Shown here piece after piece: positions 1 through 10,388 of a DNA stretch of 64,000 bases. Numbering within the stretch: position 1 is the stretch's first letter; each line of letters begins with the position of its first letter. The position numbers and the translations under genes were made by a program. Location: IMG/VR virus record IMGVR_UViG_3300045988_044066; one strand, given 5' to 3'. The notes beneath the pieces were generated by a model, which was not told the DNA's origin, did not search any database, and was given only the letters and a program-made list of their open reading frames with translations. This DNA comes from a virus.

Positions 1-333
1 GTCTCCCATACCATCGGAATAGAACTTCAAGTCTTTATAGTCTAAATTAAATATATCCAGTTTAGGGGAAAGTGCTAGCAGTTTATGTAATGTAGTAGCT
101 CTATAGCCAGTAGCCATTTCAAGTACTGCTTTGGCTTTATGAGTAGGAGCACACAACTTAAAGAATCTACAACCTCTAGTACTATCTAGATATTGTACAA
201 ATTCATTCATAACAGCTGTCTTACCTACTCCTGCATAGCCAGTAAGAACTAATATCCTATCTGGACTATCTAAAAACCTAATCATTCTATCTATAGCATA
301 TAGCTGTTCGTCTGACCAAGCTATTGTACTCAT
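1..333 (-). CDS. Dda/RecD-like SF1 DNA helicase, N-terminal part (partial, continues left of window)
   Basis: Hand translation gives MSTIAWSDEQLYAIDRMIRFLDSPDRILVLTGYAGVGKTAVM...FFKLCAPTHKAKAVL (Walker A, motif Ia). ATG at 331-333 overlaps the nrdG stop (ATGA). Confidence 0.6.
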   Translation of the reverse strand, partial: MSTIAWSDEQLYAIDRMIRFLDSPDRILVLTGYAGVGKTAVMNEFVQYLDSTRGCRFFKLCAPTHKAKAVLEMATGYRATTLHKLLALSPKLDIFNLDYKDLKFYSDGMGD

Positions 334-911
334 AGTTCTCTATTCCAAAATCTAAAGGTAATATCCTTTAATTTAGGACCGTCATCAGTCATTATCGTTT
401 TATATAATCTCTGATTGGTATTTGGATTATCAAGTGGTCCACATTCCTCTATGTAAGGTCCTAACTTGATGTAATCGAAATTGTACAAATCAATTTCATC
501 TGCCAATGTAGCTCTACCACTATACCACCCAATCTTTATATCAAGTGGTACTGTTTGCTGCCATTCCATTTCTGTTTCGGCAGGAATGGTTACTTTGGGA
601 AACCTAATTTCCTTATGAATAGTAAACTTATCAGCCGTTTTAGTGGTAGTTAACGTCCTTACTAATCCAGCATAGTGATTAATGAGCTTAGGGTCGTTAT
701 CGCCACCCATAAAGCAAATGGCAGTAATTCCCTTATTCTCATTAATAAGCTTCTCTATTCTAGTAATAGTCAGGACTTCCCCAACGTCTCCTGCCAAGTA
801 AGAGCTATGACAGCCGTTGCAGTGACATGGACAATTGGATATGTTTATGGCTAGTGTAGTCTCGTCAGGAATTTCCCTGAAGACTATATCGAAACCTACA
901 TATTTAAGCAT
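330..911 (-). CDS. nrdG: Anaerobic ribonucleotide reductase activating protein (radical-SAM)
   Basis: CPCHCNGC = C-x3-C-x2-C radical-SAM cluster motif near the N-terminus. Lies immediately downstream of nrdD. Confidence 0.75.
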   Translation of the reverse strand: MLKYVGFDIVFREIPDETTLAINISNCPCHCNGCHSSYLAGDVGEVLTITRIEKLINENKGITAICFMGGDNDPKLINHYAGLVRTLTTTKTADKFTIHKEIRFPKVTIPAETEMEWQQTVPLDIKIGWYSGRATLADEIDLYNFDYIKLGPYIEECGPLDNPNTNQRLYKTIMTDDGPKLKDITFRFWNREL

Positions 912-1383
912 GAGTATAAAATCTTCTACTAGCTTCCTCTTGCCTTGCTTGGCTAAAGTTACTAATACGTTTCAAATAACCAATAACTCTAGTAGCATAA
1001 TCAACGTTCTTACTCCCACATTTTGGACATTCCTTGAGATACCTTTTATCAATATGTCCACAATCATTACAAATAGTATTTGGAATATTAAATGTGAAAT
1101 AATTAGTACCATTGACTGCTGCCACTCTCAACAAGTTACGATACTGTTCCTTACTAAGATGTTCATCGAGATTCATATGCAATGCACTACCTCCGTCTAA
1201 GTATTGTACATATTCCTTGCCATGTAATTTGAACTTGTCAAGTACGGTAAGAGATGTGTCTTCAACAGCATAGAAATAGCTATTATAGCAATCTCTAGGA
1301 ACTACATAACCTGCTTTCCTGTCCCAATTAGCATGTTTAACCCCAAGGTTCTCTGCCCTTCTGTTACGCCTGCTCCCTAGCAT
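904..1383 (-). CDS. nrdD: Anaerobic ribonucleoside-triphosphate reductase NrdD, 3' exon (C-terminal zinc ribbon and glycyl-radical motif). Real exon start is probably <=1363.
   Basis: CNDCGH...CPKCGS zinc ribbon and TRVIGYL glycyl-radical motif. The ORF N-terminus overlaps the HNH ORF stop, so the exon boundary is not determined. Confidence 0.65.
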   Translation of the reverse strand: MLGSRRNRRAENLGVKHANWDRKAGYVVPRDCYNSYFYAVEDTSLTVLDKFKLHGKEYVQYLDGGSALHMNLDEHLSKEQYRNLLRVAAVNGTNYFTFNIPNTICNDCGHIDKRYLKECPKCGSKNVDYATRVIGYLKRISNFSQARQEEASRRFYTHA

Positions 1384-2095
1384 TGGAGCAGTGACCTAGT
1401 AAATGATATAAGTCCTTGTTGGGACCATAATCCCCACATAATTCGAGTTCTTTGGTAAGTCTAGCAATGATGGCGTCTTGTTCATTATCGTAGTTTCCCA
1501 AGTTGATGGTTTGGTAGTTGTGCATTATACGTGCTACCCATTTGCCATTCCTTAACTGGTTAACTCCAATTACTTTACCACCCTTACGTATGTTCTTCAT
1601 GTTATCCTTGTGCTCACACACTCTAAGATTCTCCAATCTATCGTCTAGTTTATCACCATTTATATGGTCAACTACACATTTGATTGAATACTCCCCTTCG
1701 TGTACTCCCATTAAGTATCTATGAAGTAATACCTTCTTACCATTTACGCTTATAGCAGCATACCAAGTATCTCCACCCTGTTTACGAATGTATACTTTAT
1801 ACTGTTTCAGCTCTTCTACCTTATCTAAATTCACTTTAACTCTTGCTGTCTCATTGCCTTCCTTATCATAAGTAATGCATTCAGCATAGTCATCATGTAA
1901 AATGTACTCATTAGGGTCATAGATTGTTCTTGTGGTAATCTTACCCTTATGATACATCTGCATATAGTGTTTCTTGCAGTAAGGTACTCCCTCGAATCTT
2001 GCGAATGCTTCAGCATCACAAGCTGTGCATTTAGTTTCTTTTAGTGAATTGCTTCTCTTCATGTTAGTGTTCCTTCTATTAAAGTTAATACACAA
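1364..2095 (-). CDS. HNH homing endonuclease inside the nrdD intervening sequence
   Basis: HRYLMG...VDHINGDKLDDRLENLRVCEHKDNMKN is an HNH_3-type motif. The ORF sits between the two nrdD halves. Confidence 0.7.
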   Translation of the reverse strand: MCINFNRRNTNMKRSNSLKETKCTACDAEAFARFEGVPYCKKHYMQMYHKGKITTRTIYDPNEYILHDDYAECITYDKEGNETARVKVNLDKVEELKQYKVYIRKQGGDTWYAAISVNGKKVLLHRYLMGVHEGEYSIKCVVDHINGDKLDDRLENLRVCEHKDNMKNIRKGGKVIGVNQLRNGKWVARIMHNYQTINLGNYDNEQDAIIARLTKELELCGDYGPNKDLYHLLGHCSNAREQA

Positions 2096-2224
2096 AGATA
2101 CTACATTTCCACCAATAAAACAAATGTACTAGGTGGGAAATCACTTCAGATTTCCTCTACATGTCACCATGTAGTGCAGACTATCGCACACTCTCAGCAA
2201 TGAGAGTCCCATTCGTTTAGTCGT
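1384..2224 (-). mobile_element. Putative group I intron (with HNH endonuclease ORF) interrupting nrdD; boundaries approximate
   Basis: The NrdD N-terminal 568-aa ORF and the C-terminal glycyl-radical ORF are separated by ~0.85 kb. The 2096-2224 segment is rich in stable hairpins: ACTCTCA/TGAGAGT, CTACATG/CATGTAG, GGAAATC/GATTTCC. Confidence 0.5.
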
Positions 2225-3931
2225 TCAGGCTGCCATTACGCTTGCCCCCTGTTGCCTACGATTCTCACGTAGTGGTTCCAAGTCAATTAGATTGGGTTTA
2301 ACGTGCCCACAAGTTTTAGGCACAAATTCTGTGTTAAACATTAACTCCTTAGTTCTCGCTTTACGATTTTCATCACTGATAGTTTTAAGGATAGATTGCA
2401 TAAACTCTCTATAAGTTGGATTATCATTAACTGGGATTCCTAAGAACTCCGCAGCCTCAATAACTCCATTAACACCTATAGTCAAATACTGCTTCTTCAT
2501 ATCAATGAATCCAGCTGTATATACAGTAAGCAACCCGTCTTTTAAATAGTCTTTAAGCAATTCATTATATGCTGTTTGGAACTTATGAACTTTCTTCACA
2601 TTCTCACGCAAATACTCAATCATATCATACCCATTATTAACTGCATCCTGAACTAACCTATTGATATTTAAGGTCATTACTGACTTACTACCAGTAGCAA
2701 TACCACCAGCTCCAAGAGAATAACTGAATTGATTATCAGTAACCTCATTACGAAGTCTGCAACAGGAAGATAAGGAATCAGGACTATCGGACATATAAGT
2801 AAAGAACGAGTGTCCTTTGCTATACATCTCTGCTGTAAAGTCTGCATACTCTTCATCAACAACATCCTCTCCGTTAGTCAGAAGCGCCATGGTCTCAACA
2901 GGGAATGTAAGAATACACTTAGTACGTTCCTCATTAAACCATTTAGCAAATTTCTTCTGCAACCAACTAAGAGATTCCCATTGAGGTTGTGTACCGTCTG
3001 GGAAATAGAACTCTCCAAAGATACCTTCAAAGTAGTTCTTATCAAAATAACTGATATTCCAGAATACTGATTGGAAGTTACGAGCAGCTGCTGGCTGATT
3101 GATTGAATATACAATCTGCTGGAACTTCTGCTCTAACGTCTTGTCAATATTTCTGTGTTTGTCAACCATTTCCTCTGGACGTTTCCAGTAATCATCACCC
3201 CACTCTTTACGAGCAAAGTAATCAAAGTACATTAGAAACTCTCCAGTTGCTACTGCACCTGCAAATTGAGAACTAATCGCAAATACCAGATTAACGAACA
3301 TGCCACAGAAAGAATCCAGGTTCTTGGGTCTGGCAGACAAACCTCCAATTGGCTGTAACCCCTCCAATAGAAAGGGATACATAGTGATAGCCACGCAGTA
3401 GGGCATAATCGATGTTTCATCATGCTTATAAAGTAAATGTTGTTCCAGCATACGGATATATTCCTTAGCTAGCTCCTCTCCATATAACTCTCTGATTTTA
3501 TCAGTAAGAATTGCACGATTTACCTTAATAACATCACCTTTGAACAATTCTCCATTTAAGGTTACAATGTTCTTCTCGGTAACATTAGCATTAGCATCGT
3601 ATTTACTACCAGTTGCGGCATTCTTGGCTTTAGCATAGTCTTTAATGAATTGTTTCTTTTCATTTAAAGCCCTGCTCTCTGCCCTTTTACGCCTGTACAA
3701 GATGAATGCCTTAGCAACATCATAATAATCACATGCCATAAGAGCTTTCTCTAACTGGTCTTGAAGCTCCTCAACTGAAACTATGTTGTTAATATACAAC
3801 TCATCTTTAATATCCTGAAGAATATCAGAATCAATTGGTTCGTTAACAGCGTTAAATGCCTTAGTAATTGCGGCATCAATCTTATTAACGTCGAAAGGTT
3901 CTACTTTTTTGTCTCTCTTAATTACTAACAT
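2225..3931 (-). CDS. nrdD: Anaerobic ribonucleoside-triphosphate reductase NrdD, 5' exon (ATP-cone plus catalytic barrel). The ORF 3' end runs into the intron.
   Basis: 568 aa starting MLVIKRDKKVEPFDVNKIDAAI (ATP-cone-like). The class III RNR C-terminus is supplied by ORF 904-1383. Confidence 0.75.
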   Translation of the reverse strand: MLVIKRDKKVEPFDVNKIDAAITKAFNAVNEPIDSDILQDIKDELYINNIVSVEELQDQLEKALMACDYYDVAKAFILYRRKRAESRALNEKKQFIKDYAKAKNAATGSKYDANANVTEKNIVTLNGELFKGDVIKVNRAILTDKIRELYGEELAKEYIRMLEQHLLYKHDETSIMPYCVAITMYPFLLEGLQPIGGLSARPKNLDSFCGMFVNLVFAISSQFAGAVATGEFLMYFDYFARKEWGDDYWKRPEEMVDKHRNIDKTLEQKFQQIVYSINQPAAARNFQSVFWNISYFDKNYFEGIFGEFYFPDGTQPQWESLSWLQKKFAKWFNEERTKCILTFPVETMALLTNGEDVVDEEYADFTAEMYSKGHSFFTYMSDSPDSLSSCCRLRNEVTDNQFSYSLGAGGIATGSKSVMTLNINRLVQDAVNNGYDMIEYLRENVKKVHKFQTAYNELLKDYLKDGLLTVYTAGFIDMKKQYLTIGVNGVIEAAEFLGIPVNDNPTYREFMQSILKTISDENRKARTKELMFNTEFVPKTCGHVKPNLIDLEPLRENRRQQGASVMAA

Positions 3932-3934
3932 TAA

Positions 3935-4714
3935 TTAGAAGTTTAATATGTTTCTTAGTAATAGAGTCTTCTCTGCTCTATTCATCAAATCTTTACCCTT
4001 GTCATTACTAATTAGCTGCGTAAATGCATTGTACACAGTAAACATATCCACCTCATTACCCACTCCAATATAATATGAAGAATCTGGGTCCTCAAACATA
4101 GAACTATACGCCTTAGTAACAAGGTCTGTTCCTATCTTGACATCTCCATAACCTACATTATAAACCATATGCATAGCATTTCTTTGCCATTTGCCTAAGT
4201 TTAAACTTACTAAATCGTCTTCAGCTTTCCATGTAGTATTATGAAGATTCTCCAACATCAGCTTTATATCAGAAGTCTGACTTAATAAATACTCTACAGC
4301 TTTATAATTCAAGGCTTCTTCTGGATTAACTGGCTGCATTTGAAGAAATTCTGGGTCAAATACACAGAGATTTGTACATGCTCTGTTAAGTGCCCCTCTA
4401 TAAATCTTGGCTACTGGCTTACGAACATCTAGTCCGTAGACCATGCCAATAACTTCATCATGATTGTCAAAGCTGCAACTCTCTGGCATTACAGCTTGAA
4501 TCAATACACGATTATATGTAATATCATCTGCATTAACATCTCCATCGACTGTCCTAGTGACCTGTTTAGGCAATTCTACTTCAACTATAAAGTCTTTAGT
4601 AAACTTGGACATTCTTTCAATAAAAGGCTCTACATAGGCAGCAGTTGGTAAATATGCTCTCTTACCTATTCTAGTAGCCTTACCATTCATGAGTTGGTCA
4701 ACACTTATTTGCAT
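3935..4714 (-). CDS. hypothetical protein
   Basis: 259-aa ORF, packed tightly with its neighbours. Confidence 0.5.
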   Translation of the reverse strand: MQISVDQLMNGKATRIGKRAYLPTAAYVEPFIERMSKFTKDFIVEVELPKQVTRTVDGDVNADDITYNRVLIQAVMPESCSFDNHDEVIGMVYGLDVRKPVAKIYRGALNRACTNLCVFDPEFLQMQPVNPEEALNYKAVEYLLSQTSDIKLMLENLHNTTWKAEDDLVSLNLGKWQRNAMHMVYNVGYGDVKIGTDLVTKAYSSMFEDPDSSYYIGVGNEVDMFTVYNAFTQLISNDKGKDLMNRAEKTLLLRNILNF

Positions 4715-4718
4715 TTAA

Positions 4719-5468
4719 TTACAAGTAATATATAGTCATTGTTTCTAATAACTTGACTGCTTCCGCAAGCTTAGCTATAATTCTAATAGCTGCTCCATTA
4801 CCTCCTGCCAATATATCAGCAGCAGCTAATTCCTTCATTGTTAACTTTCCATTAGATGCATCATATAACGCCAATGCATTATGTAAGGCATCAGCATTAT
4901 ATATTCTGTCCTTGTTCTTCTTTAAGAGCTCAAGGTACGGGTGTAATATGGAATAGCCTATTGGTTTATAATCTTCTCCATAAAACACTTTCCCATCAAA
5001 CTTTATTATCCTAACCTTTCTATTGGTAAAGGCACTTGAAAACAAACTAACGGACAAATCCAAGTGGTCAGCTGGTCTGAATTTCTCTAATGGAGTTTTA
5101 ACTTTACCTTTAAGGTAATATACCTCATCTTCAGACACTACTATAATACCACCATCTTTACAAAGGAACTCTTCCTTAGAGGATGTTTCATCCTTAGAGA
5201 ATACCTCATCTAGAAGAGAATCAACACGTTGATTTATAGACTTGGCTTCTCCTTTACCAATAATTGGAATCTTTCCGATAGAAGTATCTATAGCTTTAGA
5301 GCAATCAATTTCTATGGTTAAACATTTCCTAAATTCCGATTCGGCTGCCTTCTGCTTAAGTCTTGCTTCCTGTAACAGACTGGTCAGTCTGTCTACTTCT
5401 AGAGTACATTCCTTATACTTGGAAGCAGAATCTATTACATGTTGGGCAAATTCCGGTGTTAAATCCAT
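4719..5468 (-). CDS. hypothetical protein
   Basis: 249-aa ORF. Confidence 0.5.
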   Translation of the reverse strand: MDLTPEFAQHVIDSASKYKECTLEVDRLTSLLQEARLKQKAAESEFRKCLTIEIDCSKAIDTSIGKIPIIGKGEAKSINQRVDSLLDEVFSKDETSSKEEFLCKDGGIIVVSEDEVYYLKGKVKTPLEKFRPADHLDLSVSLFSSAFTNRKVRIIKFDGKVFYGEDYKPIGYSILHPYLELLKKNKDRIYNADALHNALALYDASNGKLTMKELAAADILAGGNGAAIRIIAKLAEAVKLLETMTIYYL

Positions 5469-5478
5469 AAATTATAGT

Positions 5479-7047
5479 TTATTGTAACACGATACGACCA
5501 TCTGTAATGTTCTTTCCATCTACAATACTATAATCACAACATGCAAGTGTATTTCCAAAATTCTTGTGAATCCATTCGGAACTTCCAAATAATGAACCAA
5601 CTGACTTATAGGTAAATCTTCTACCATAAGTAGTGGCTGACTGATGTAAATCTCCTTTTACAAAGACTACATTACCAGTGATGCCCTTATTGTCCAAATA
5701 TTCATTGATGAAATTCTCTGTCTTCACGTCAAGAGTTAATGGTAGATTCTTGAACATGTCTTTATTATCTTTACCATGACACATTACATAGGTAGTTTCA
5801 TTAAGAGTAAACTCTCCTATGAACTTGTCAAATACTTGACATTTAACATCAAACTGTTCTAATACAGCAGCTAATGCTAAGTTAGCAGCATAACCAAAAT
5901 CACCATCATGATTGGACTCGCCAACACAATAATAGTACATATTAGTATGCTTTACATTCTCTATCAGAGATTTAACAAAGCTAGTCATTAACTTAATATA
6001 AGTTTGCAATTGCTCCTTATTACTCATGTTTTGAGCTAGTTCGTGACCACCTCTTGTAGTTTGTCCATTATATCCGTCAAGGGAATCTCCAAGATTACAA
6101 ATGACTATATTCTCAAACCCACCACCAATGTAATAAGCTTCAGTATATACTCTCTTTATAATCATGTCAAATCTCTTCTTCATTTCTTCTTCGTTATAAG
6201 GATTCTGATAAATAGATAGAGGAGACACTGTGGCTCCAGTATGAATATCAGACAACCATATGATTAGGTCTTTGCCGTTAGAAATTGTCGGCATACGTCC
6301 CCAGTCATACAGATTATTGAAGTCTAGCCCTTCTATAAGAGCTTTGCCGTCAGCTATTTTAGCTTTCAGTTCGGCATTCTCCATGGCATACTTCTTAAGT
6401 AGTCGCTCGTTATTCTTGATGCGTTCTGCTTCTATGCCTCTTAGGAAGTCATTCTCCTTCTCCCTTAGTTGCATATCTTTAAGCTCGTCAATAGTATTCT
6501 CCTCAATAACATGAGGAGCAAATGGTGCTGCGGCTTTAGTAATATTGAAGACTTTGAGAATCTTCTTAAACTCCTCTAGAGAATATTCAGGGAAGCTACG
6601 ACTTACTTCTCTTTGTGTTATGGATGAACCATAATAAGAGTAAAGTCTATGAATCATATTCATTTCATCCCTAGTAAGACTACCAGTAAATGGTGCTTTG
6701 TCTCTTAGCGGGATAGTGAATTGATACTTAACAATCTTACCTTCATCATTTCTGACCAATGTAATCTTGCCAGTACTAGTTTCCTCCTCTTCAGAAGATG
6801 TCACTTCTTCCGATTTAGAACGACGTATAATACCTCTCTTGCTAACCTTGTCATACAGACTCATTATCATGTCGTAGGATTCCTTGTCGATACTGCCATC
6901 AGCTATATCTTTGTTTACTACCTGTTTCTTTACCCAGAAGTAATTCTGTGGAAGACCTACTTGTTCTGCATATGCATTTAAACTAATGTTCTGTTTTAAA
7001 ACTTCTTGTAAGTGATTGATTAGCTTGGTAATTGTTGTTTCTCTCAT
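5479..7047 (-). CDS. Calcineurin-like metallophosphoesterase (SbcD/Mre11-type nuclease or protein phosphatase) with ~250-aa N-terminal extension
   Basis: Motifs SDIHTG, GDSLDG, GESNHDG and GDLH. Confidence 0.6.
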   Translation of the reverse strand: MRETTITKLINHLQEVLKQNISLNAYAEQVGLPQNYFWVKKQVVNKDIADGSIDKESYDMIMSLYDKVSKRGIIRRSKSEEVTSSEEEETSTGKITLVRNDEGKIVKYQFTIPLRDKAPFTGSLTRDEMNMIHRLYSYYGSSITQREVSRSFPEYSLEEFKKILKVFNITKAAAPFAPHVIEENTIDELKDMQLREKENDFLRGIEAERIKNNERLLKKYAMENAELKAKIADGKALIEGLDFNNLYDWGRMPTISNGKDLIIWLSDIHTGATVSPLSIYQNPYNEEEMKKRFDMIIKRVYTEAYYIGGGFENIVICNLGDSLDGYNGQTTRGGHELAQNMSNKEQLQTYIKLMTSFVKSLIENVKHTNMYYYCVGESNHDGDFGYAANLALAAVLEQFDVKCQVFDKFIGEFTLNETTYVMCHGKDNKDMFKNLPLTLDVKTENFINEYLDNKGITGNVVFVKGDLHQSATTYGRRFTYKSVGSLFGSSEWIHKNFGNTLACCDYSIVDGKNITDGRIVLQ

Positions 7048-7191
7048 TTCTGAGTTAAAATTAGATAGCCTTTCGGCGCTTATATAAAATCTAATCTCTT
7101 TTAGTTATGCACATCTGAATAAAAAGAAAAGGGACTACCTTATTCACATAAGATAATCCCTTTGATATTTAAAGTCAATAGAAGTTAAATT

Positions 7192-7728
7192 TTATCCTTC
7201 GACCCCAAAGCAGATGTATGTACCCATCTTAGCTGATTTTGACGGAGTGTGTTTTACTTCAAAAGCACCGTCTTCGCCTTCAACTACAGCCTTGATGTAC
7301 TTGCAATAGATATCGCCAGTATAACCTTTCTTAGTGTAAAGTTCCTTAGCGATTTCTTTGGCTTTAGTTTTAGTTTCAAAGTTCAAGAACAATACTTCAC
7401 CAGTTGCAGGATTGATTCCCTGATAGCCAGTTTTGTATTTACGTTTACCTTTCTCGTTCTTGATGTCACGCATAGTATAAGGACGTTCACGAGTATCAGC
7501 AGAACCTGCTTCAAATGTGATAGAACATCCGATGCCAGCAGCAAACTTAGTATGCTTAGCCAGATACTCTGCTTCAAATTCCTTCAAAGCTTTCTCTGAA
7601 ATAGGTTTACCAGCTGTCTTCCATGCCTGAGTTGCATCACGAATTACTTGGAAAGGTGCTTGTGCGATTGCTTCTTGTTTAGTATAACCTTTTACTTCTA
7701 CGTTCTTAAAATTTACTTGGTTTGTCAT
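7192..7728 (-). CDS. hypothetical protein (start moved to the internal ATG giving MTNQVNFKNVEVKGY)
   Basis: The ORF's N-terminal 67 aa read like low-complexity non-coding sequence. ATG at 7726-7728. Confidence 0.45.
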   Translation of the reverse strand: MTNQVNFKNVEVKGYTKQEAIAQAPFQVIRDATQAWKTAGKPISEKALKEFEAEYLAKHTKFAAGIGCSITFEAGSADTRERPYTMRDIKNEKGKRKYKTGYQGINPATGEVLFLNFETKTKAKEIAKELYTKKGYTGDIYCKYIKAVVEGEDGAFEVKHTPSKSAKMGTYICFGVEG

Positions 7729-7947
7729 AATTAATTGGAATTTAAACATTAGTTCATTGTCATATCTCTTTGTTATTGTATTACAAAGGTACTGCTTTAA
7801 TAGTAAACTACCAAACAGTTCTAATGCAAAATAATCTAAATTTAATTCTATTAATCTGACTCTCCTTCGAGAGGAAAGCGTTACAAAGATACTACATTTC
7901 TTGTAACTACACAAGTAAATTGCCAACAATTAGTGAGTTAATAAGAT

Positions 7948-8205
7948 TTAACTATTATCGTTTGGCGGAAAGCAAAATTCATTTTTAGTCATTTGCTTCC
8001 ATGTGTCTCGACTTTCCTCGTAGAACTTGTCCACGATTTTGTCAGAGCGTTTCTCTATTAATCCTGCTGCCCATAACAGCTGGTGGAAACGCATATCGGG
8101 ATGTTTCCTGGCTAATACTTCCAAACTATGAATTATAGCCATGTTATTCAAATATCTGTCATGTACCATAATTAAAATGGTATTTCTGGCGTAGTAGGTT
8201 CCCAA
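7948..8205 (-). CDS. hypothetical protein
   Basis: 85-aa ORF. Confidence 0.35.
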   Translation of the reverse strand: MGTYYARNTILIMVHDRYLNNMAIIHSLEVLARKHPDMRFHQLLWAAGLIEKRSDKIVDKFYEESRDTWKQMTKNEFCFPPNDNS

Positions 8206-8564
8206 GGAAGCTCTTTATCAAGAATTTCATTAATCTTAGCAACCATATCTTTAGCCGATTTTAAATCAAATGTCAAGAACTCGGTAGTGTTTCTCATAAA
8301 ATCATCACATATAACTGCGAGACCTTTAAGAAGACCCTCCGAATTATGACTTTCTTTGCCCTGTCTAATCTTCTGGATTACTTGCCAAGTAGTTGCGTTA
8401 GGAGTTTTGTTCCTAGCTTGCTTAGTAAGAAAGCATATTAGTGATATTAAAGCAAACTTAGTTCCTATATCACAGGCCAGACATCCTAAACTGAAGTACT
8501 GCTTGTAGTATTCCTTCAAATCATTCATAGTAGGCTCATAGTATTCCATCAGCATCGTATCCAT
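8172..8564 (-). CDS. hypothetical protein
   Basis: 130-aa ORF. Confidence 0.4.
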   Translation of the reverse strand: MDTMLMEYYEPTMNDLKEYYKQYFSLGCLACDIGTKFALISLICFLTKQARNKTPNATTWQVIQKIRQGKESHNSEGLLKGLAVICDDFMRNTTEFLTFDLKSAKDMVAKINEILDKELPWEPTTPEIPF

Positions 8565-9573
8565 AAAGCTCGTAATATGCTACACGCCTCAACAACGTAG
8601 TAAATTCAGTAAAACCCGACAACATATGACCATTATTAACAGGAAACACTCCAGACCTAAAATCCGGAACTGTTGATACCACTAACATATTAGCCTTAAG
8701 TGTGGGCTTTGCCTTATATTCATTCTCTATGTACAATTTCAGCATCCACATATACATAGCCATTTGCCTAGCATAGTGATACTTATCAAAACTTTCATGA
8801 AACTTAGTGAGATAATGTCCACTAGTCTTTAAGTCATTGAGAACTAATTCATTCGACTCTGGACTATATGTGAAATTATCCAACTTAGCTTTCAGTTTGA
8901 GAACCTTACTAAGACCATTATGCTCAACAAGCACATCTATTAATAGTACAGACTCATTCTTGGAGATTGGCTTCTCTAATAAATAGTCTGGATTCAATAA
9001 GGATTGTATTTGTGGATTACATTCAACTGATACAATACATTCTCGTAGTTTGTCTCTAGATTTAGCATCAAGATAAATTGGAACCTTGTCTGCAACATAT
9101 TTGCTGCCCCATTCATAGGCTGTACGTTGAGCATAATAGTTCTCGCATTTTATGCGCAGAGCATCCATTTTGTCTTCATCCATTTTACCTTTATAATAGC
9201 TAATCTTGTCAGACGCTACTACTATCTCATCCTTAGTAACAACACCATTAGCTATAAATAAAGGATACAGCTCATCAGCCATGAATCCGGCTTTAGCTGT
9301 TGGTCTATCTACAGACTCTACAAGAATAAAAGACTCTGGTTGCAGTACTAGTTCATGTACTGCCGAACCAAAGTACAGCGAATCGGAGTATCTTCCATCA
9401 GCACCCAGTCCTGCTAAATAAGCTTCTGGGCTACCTCCTTGTTCTGGGTTTATAAGCTTCAATCTAGAATTACTAATGTAATCAGAATAAGCTTCACTGA
9501 AATACTCCTCATCACTTATCTCAAGGAACTTGATAGTTTCAATTAGTGGTGTAATTTTAATGTCTTTAAGCAT
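8536..9573 (-). CDS. PD-(D/E)xK superfamily nuclease (RecB/Cas4-like exonuclease)
   Basis: DLKTSGHY...YARQMAMY resembles nuclease motif III (D-x-K) plus QxxxY. Confidence 0.5.
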   Translation of the reverse strand: MLKDIKITPLIETIKFLEISDEEYFSEAYSDYISNSRLKLINPEQGGSPEAYLAGLGADGRYSDSLYFGSAVHELVLQPESFILVESVDRPTAKAGFMADELYPLFIANGVVTKDEIVVASDKISYYKGKMDEDKMDALRIKCENYYAQRTAYEWGSKYVADKVPIYLDAKSRDKLRECIVSVECNPQIQSLLNPDYLLEKPISKNESVLLIDVLVEHNGLSKVLKLKAKLDNFTYSPESNELVLNDLKTSGHYLTKFHESFDKYHYARQMAMYMWMLKLYIENEYKAKPTLKANMLVVSTVPDFRSGVFPVNNGHMLSGFTEFTTLLRRVAYYELYGYDADGIL

Positions 9574-10069
9574 AACTCCTCATGAATTGATAAGCATCTA
9601 TAATCTCATCTTTACATAAGGAGAATACTTTAAACATAGGAAAGTCAATAGTCCTTTCTGTATGCATTAATAATGCAGGCAGTCCAGAACGTTGACATTT
9701 TAGTACGTTACTTAAAGAATCGTCAATAAAGACATCCACTTTACCTTTAATCATATCAGCCTTATTACCGTGTTGGTAATACATTTGATAGACTGGTCTA
9801 TCTGGGAATCCATTTCGTCTTAGCCATTCTTTAGTCCAAGTTTTATTGTTTACACGTTTAGTGCAATATAATTCCGGAACAAAATCAGGTCTGTTAACTA
9901 CTTTGAGATTTAACCAGAAGTCTCTGTCCTTACTAAGAATACGTTGTACATTCCTAGTAATCATGCTATCTTCAAGCATACGTGGATTACTAGCTGTATC
10001 GAAGTACTCACAGTAAGCACCCCAAAAGTCAGCTAGACAATCGTCAATATCTAAACCTATTCTAAACAT
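9566..10069 (-). CDS. 5'(3')-deoxyribonucleotidase, HAD family (NT5C-like)
   Basis: N-terminus MFRIGLDIDDCLADF matches the NT5C DxDx(V/L)ADF motif. Confidence 0.6.
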   Translation of the reverse strand: MFRIGLDIDDCLADFWGAYCEYFDTASNPRMLEDSMITRNVQRILSKDRDFWLNLKVVNRPDFVPELYCTKRVNNKTWTKEWLRRNGFPDRPVYQMYYQHGNKADMIKGKVDVFIDDSLSNVLKCQRSGLPALLMHTERTIDFPMFKVFSLCKDEIIDAYQFMRSYA

Positions 10070-10088
10070 TCATTGTCATCTTGTACGA

Positions 10089-10310
10089 CTAGAACTCTTC
10101 TATATCGTATATGTCACCAATAATTATCTCTTTGTCTTTAGCCATAGTACCTGCCAGTTCATCATAATCACCTGGAGGGTCTATGTCATAATCTGTAATG
10201 AATAAGTCAATAAACTTATCCTCAGCTTCTGTAAAGCTTCTAGCTCTTACCTTCTCTAGCCATAAATCACCGTCGTCCAGACTATAACAAGGCAGAATAT
10301 AAGTGTTCAT
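10089..10310 (-). CDS. hypothetical protein
   Basis: 73-aa acidic ORF. Confidence 0.4.
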   Translation of the reverse strand: MNTYILPCYSLDDGDLWLEKVRARSFTEAEDKFIDLFITDYDIDPPGDYDELAGTMAKDKEIIIGDIYDIEEF

Positions 10311-10388
10311 CAGCAGATATAATAATTAAATGATTCAAGATTTAGTAAGTCAAGATGTGAATATATCAAATTTGCCATAGGATATTCT

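Noticed and set aside
835-1200. Plus-strand 121-aa ORF overlapping nrdG and nrdD exon 2
   Set aside because: It is antisense to two well-supported genes and has low-complexity composition. No plus-strand gene context exists in this region.
7192-7929. Full 245-aa extent of the ORF
   Set aside because: The N-terminal 67 aa (MLAIYLCSYKKCSIFV...) read like translated AT-rich intergenic sequence. An internal ATG at 7728 gives a compact, plausible protein.
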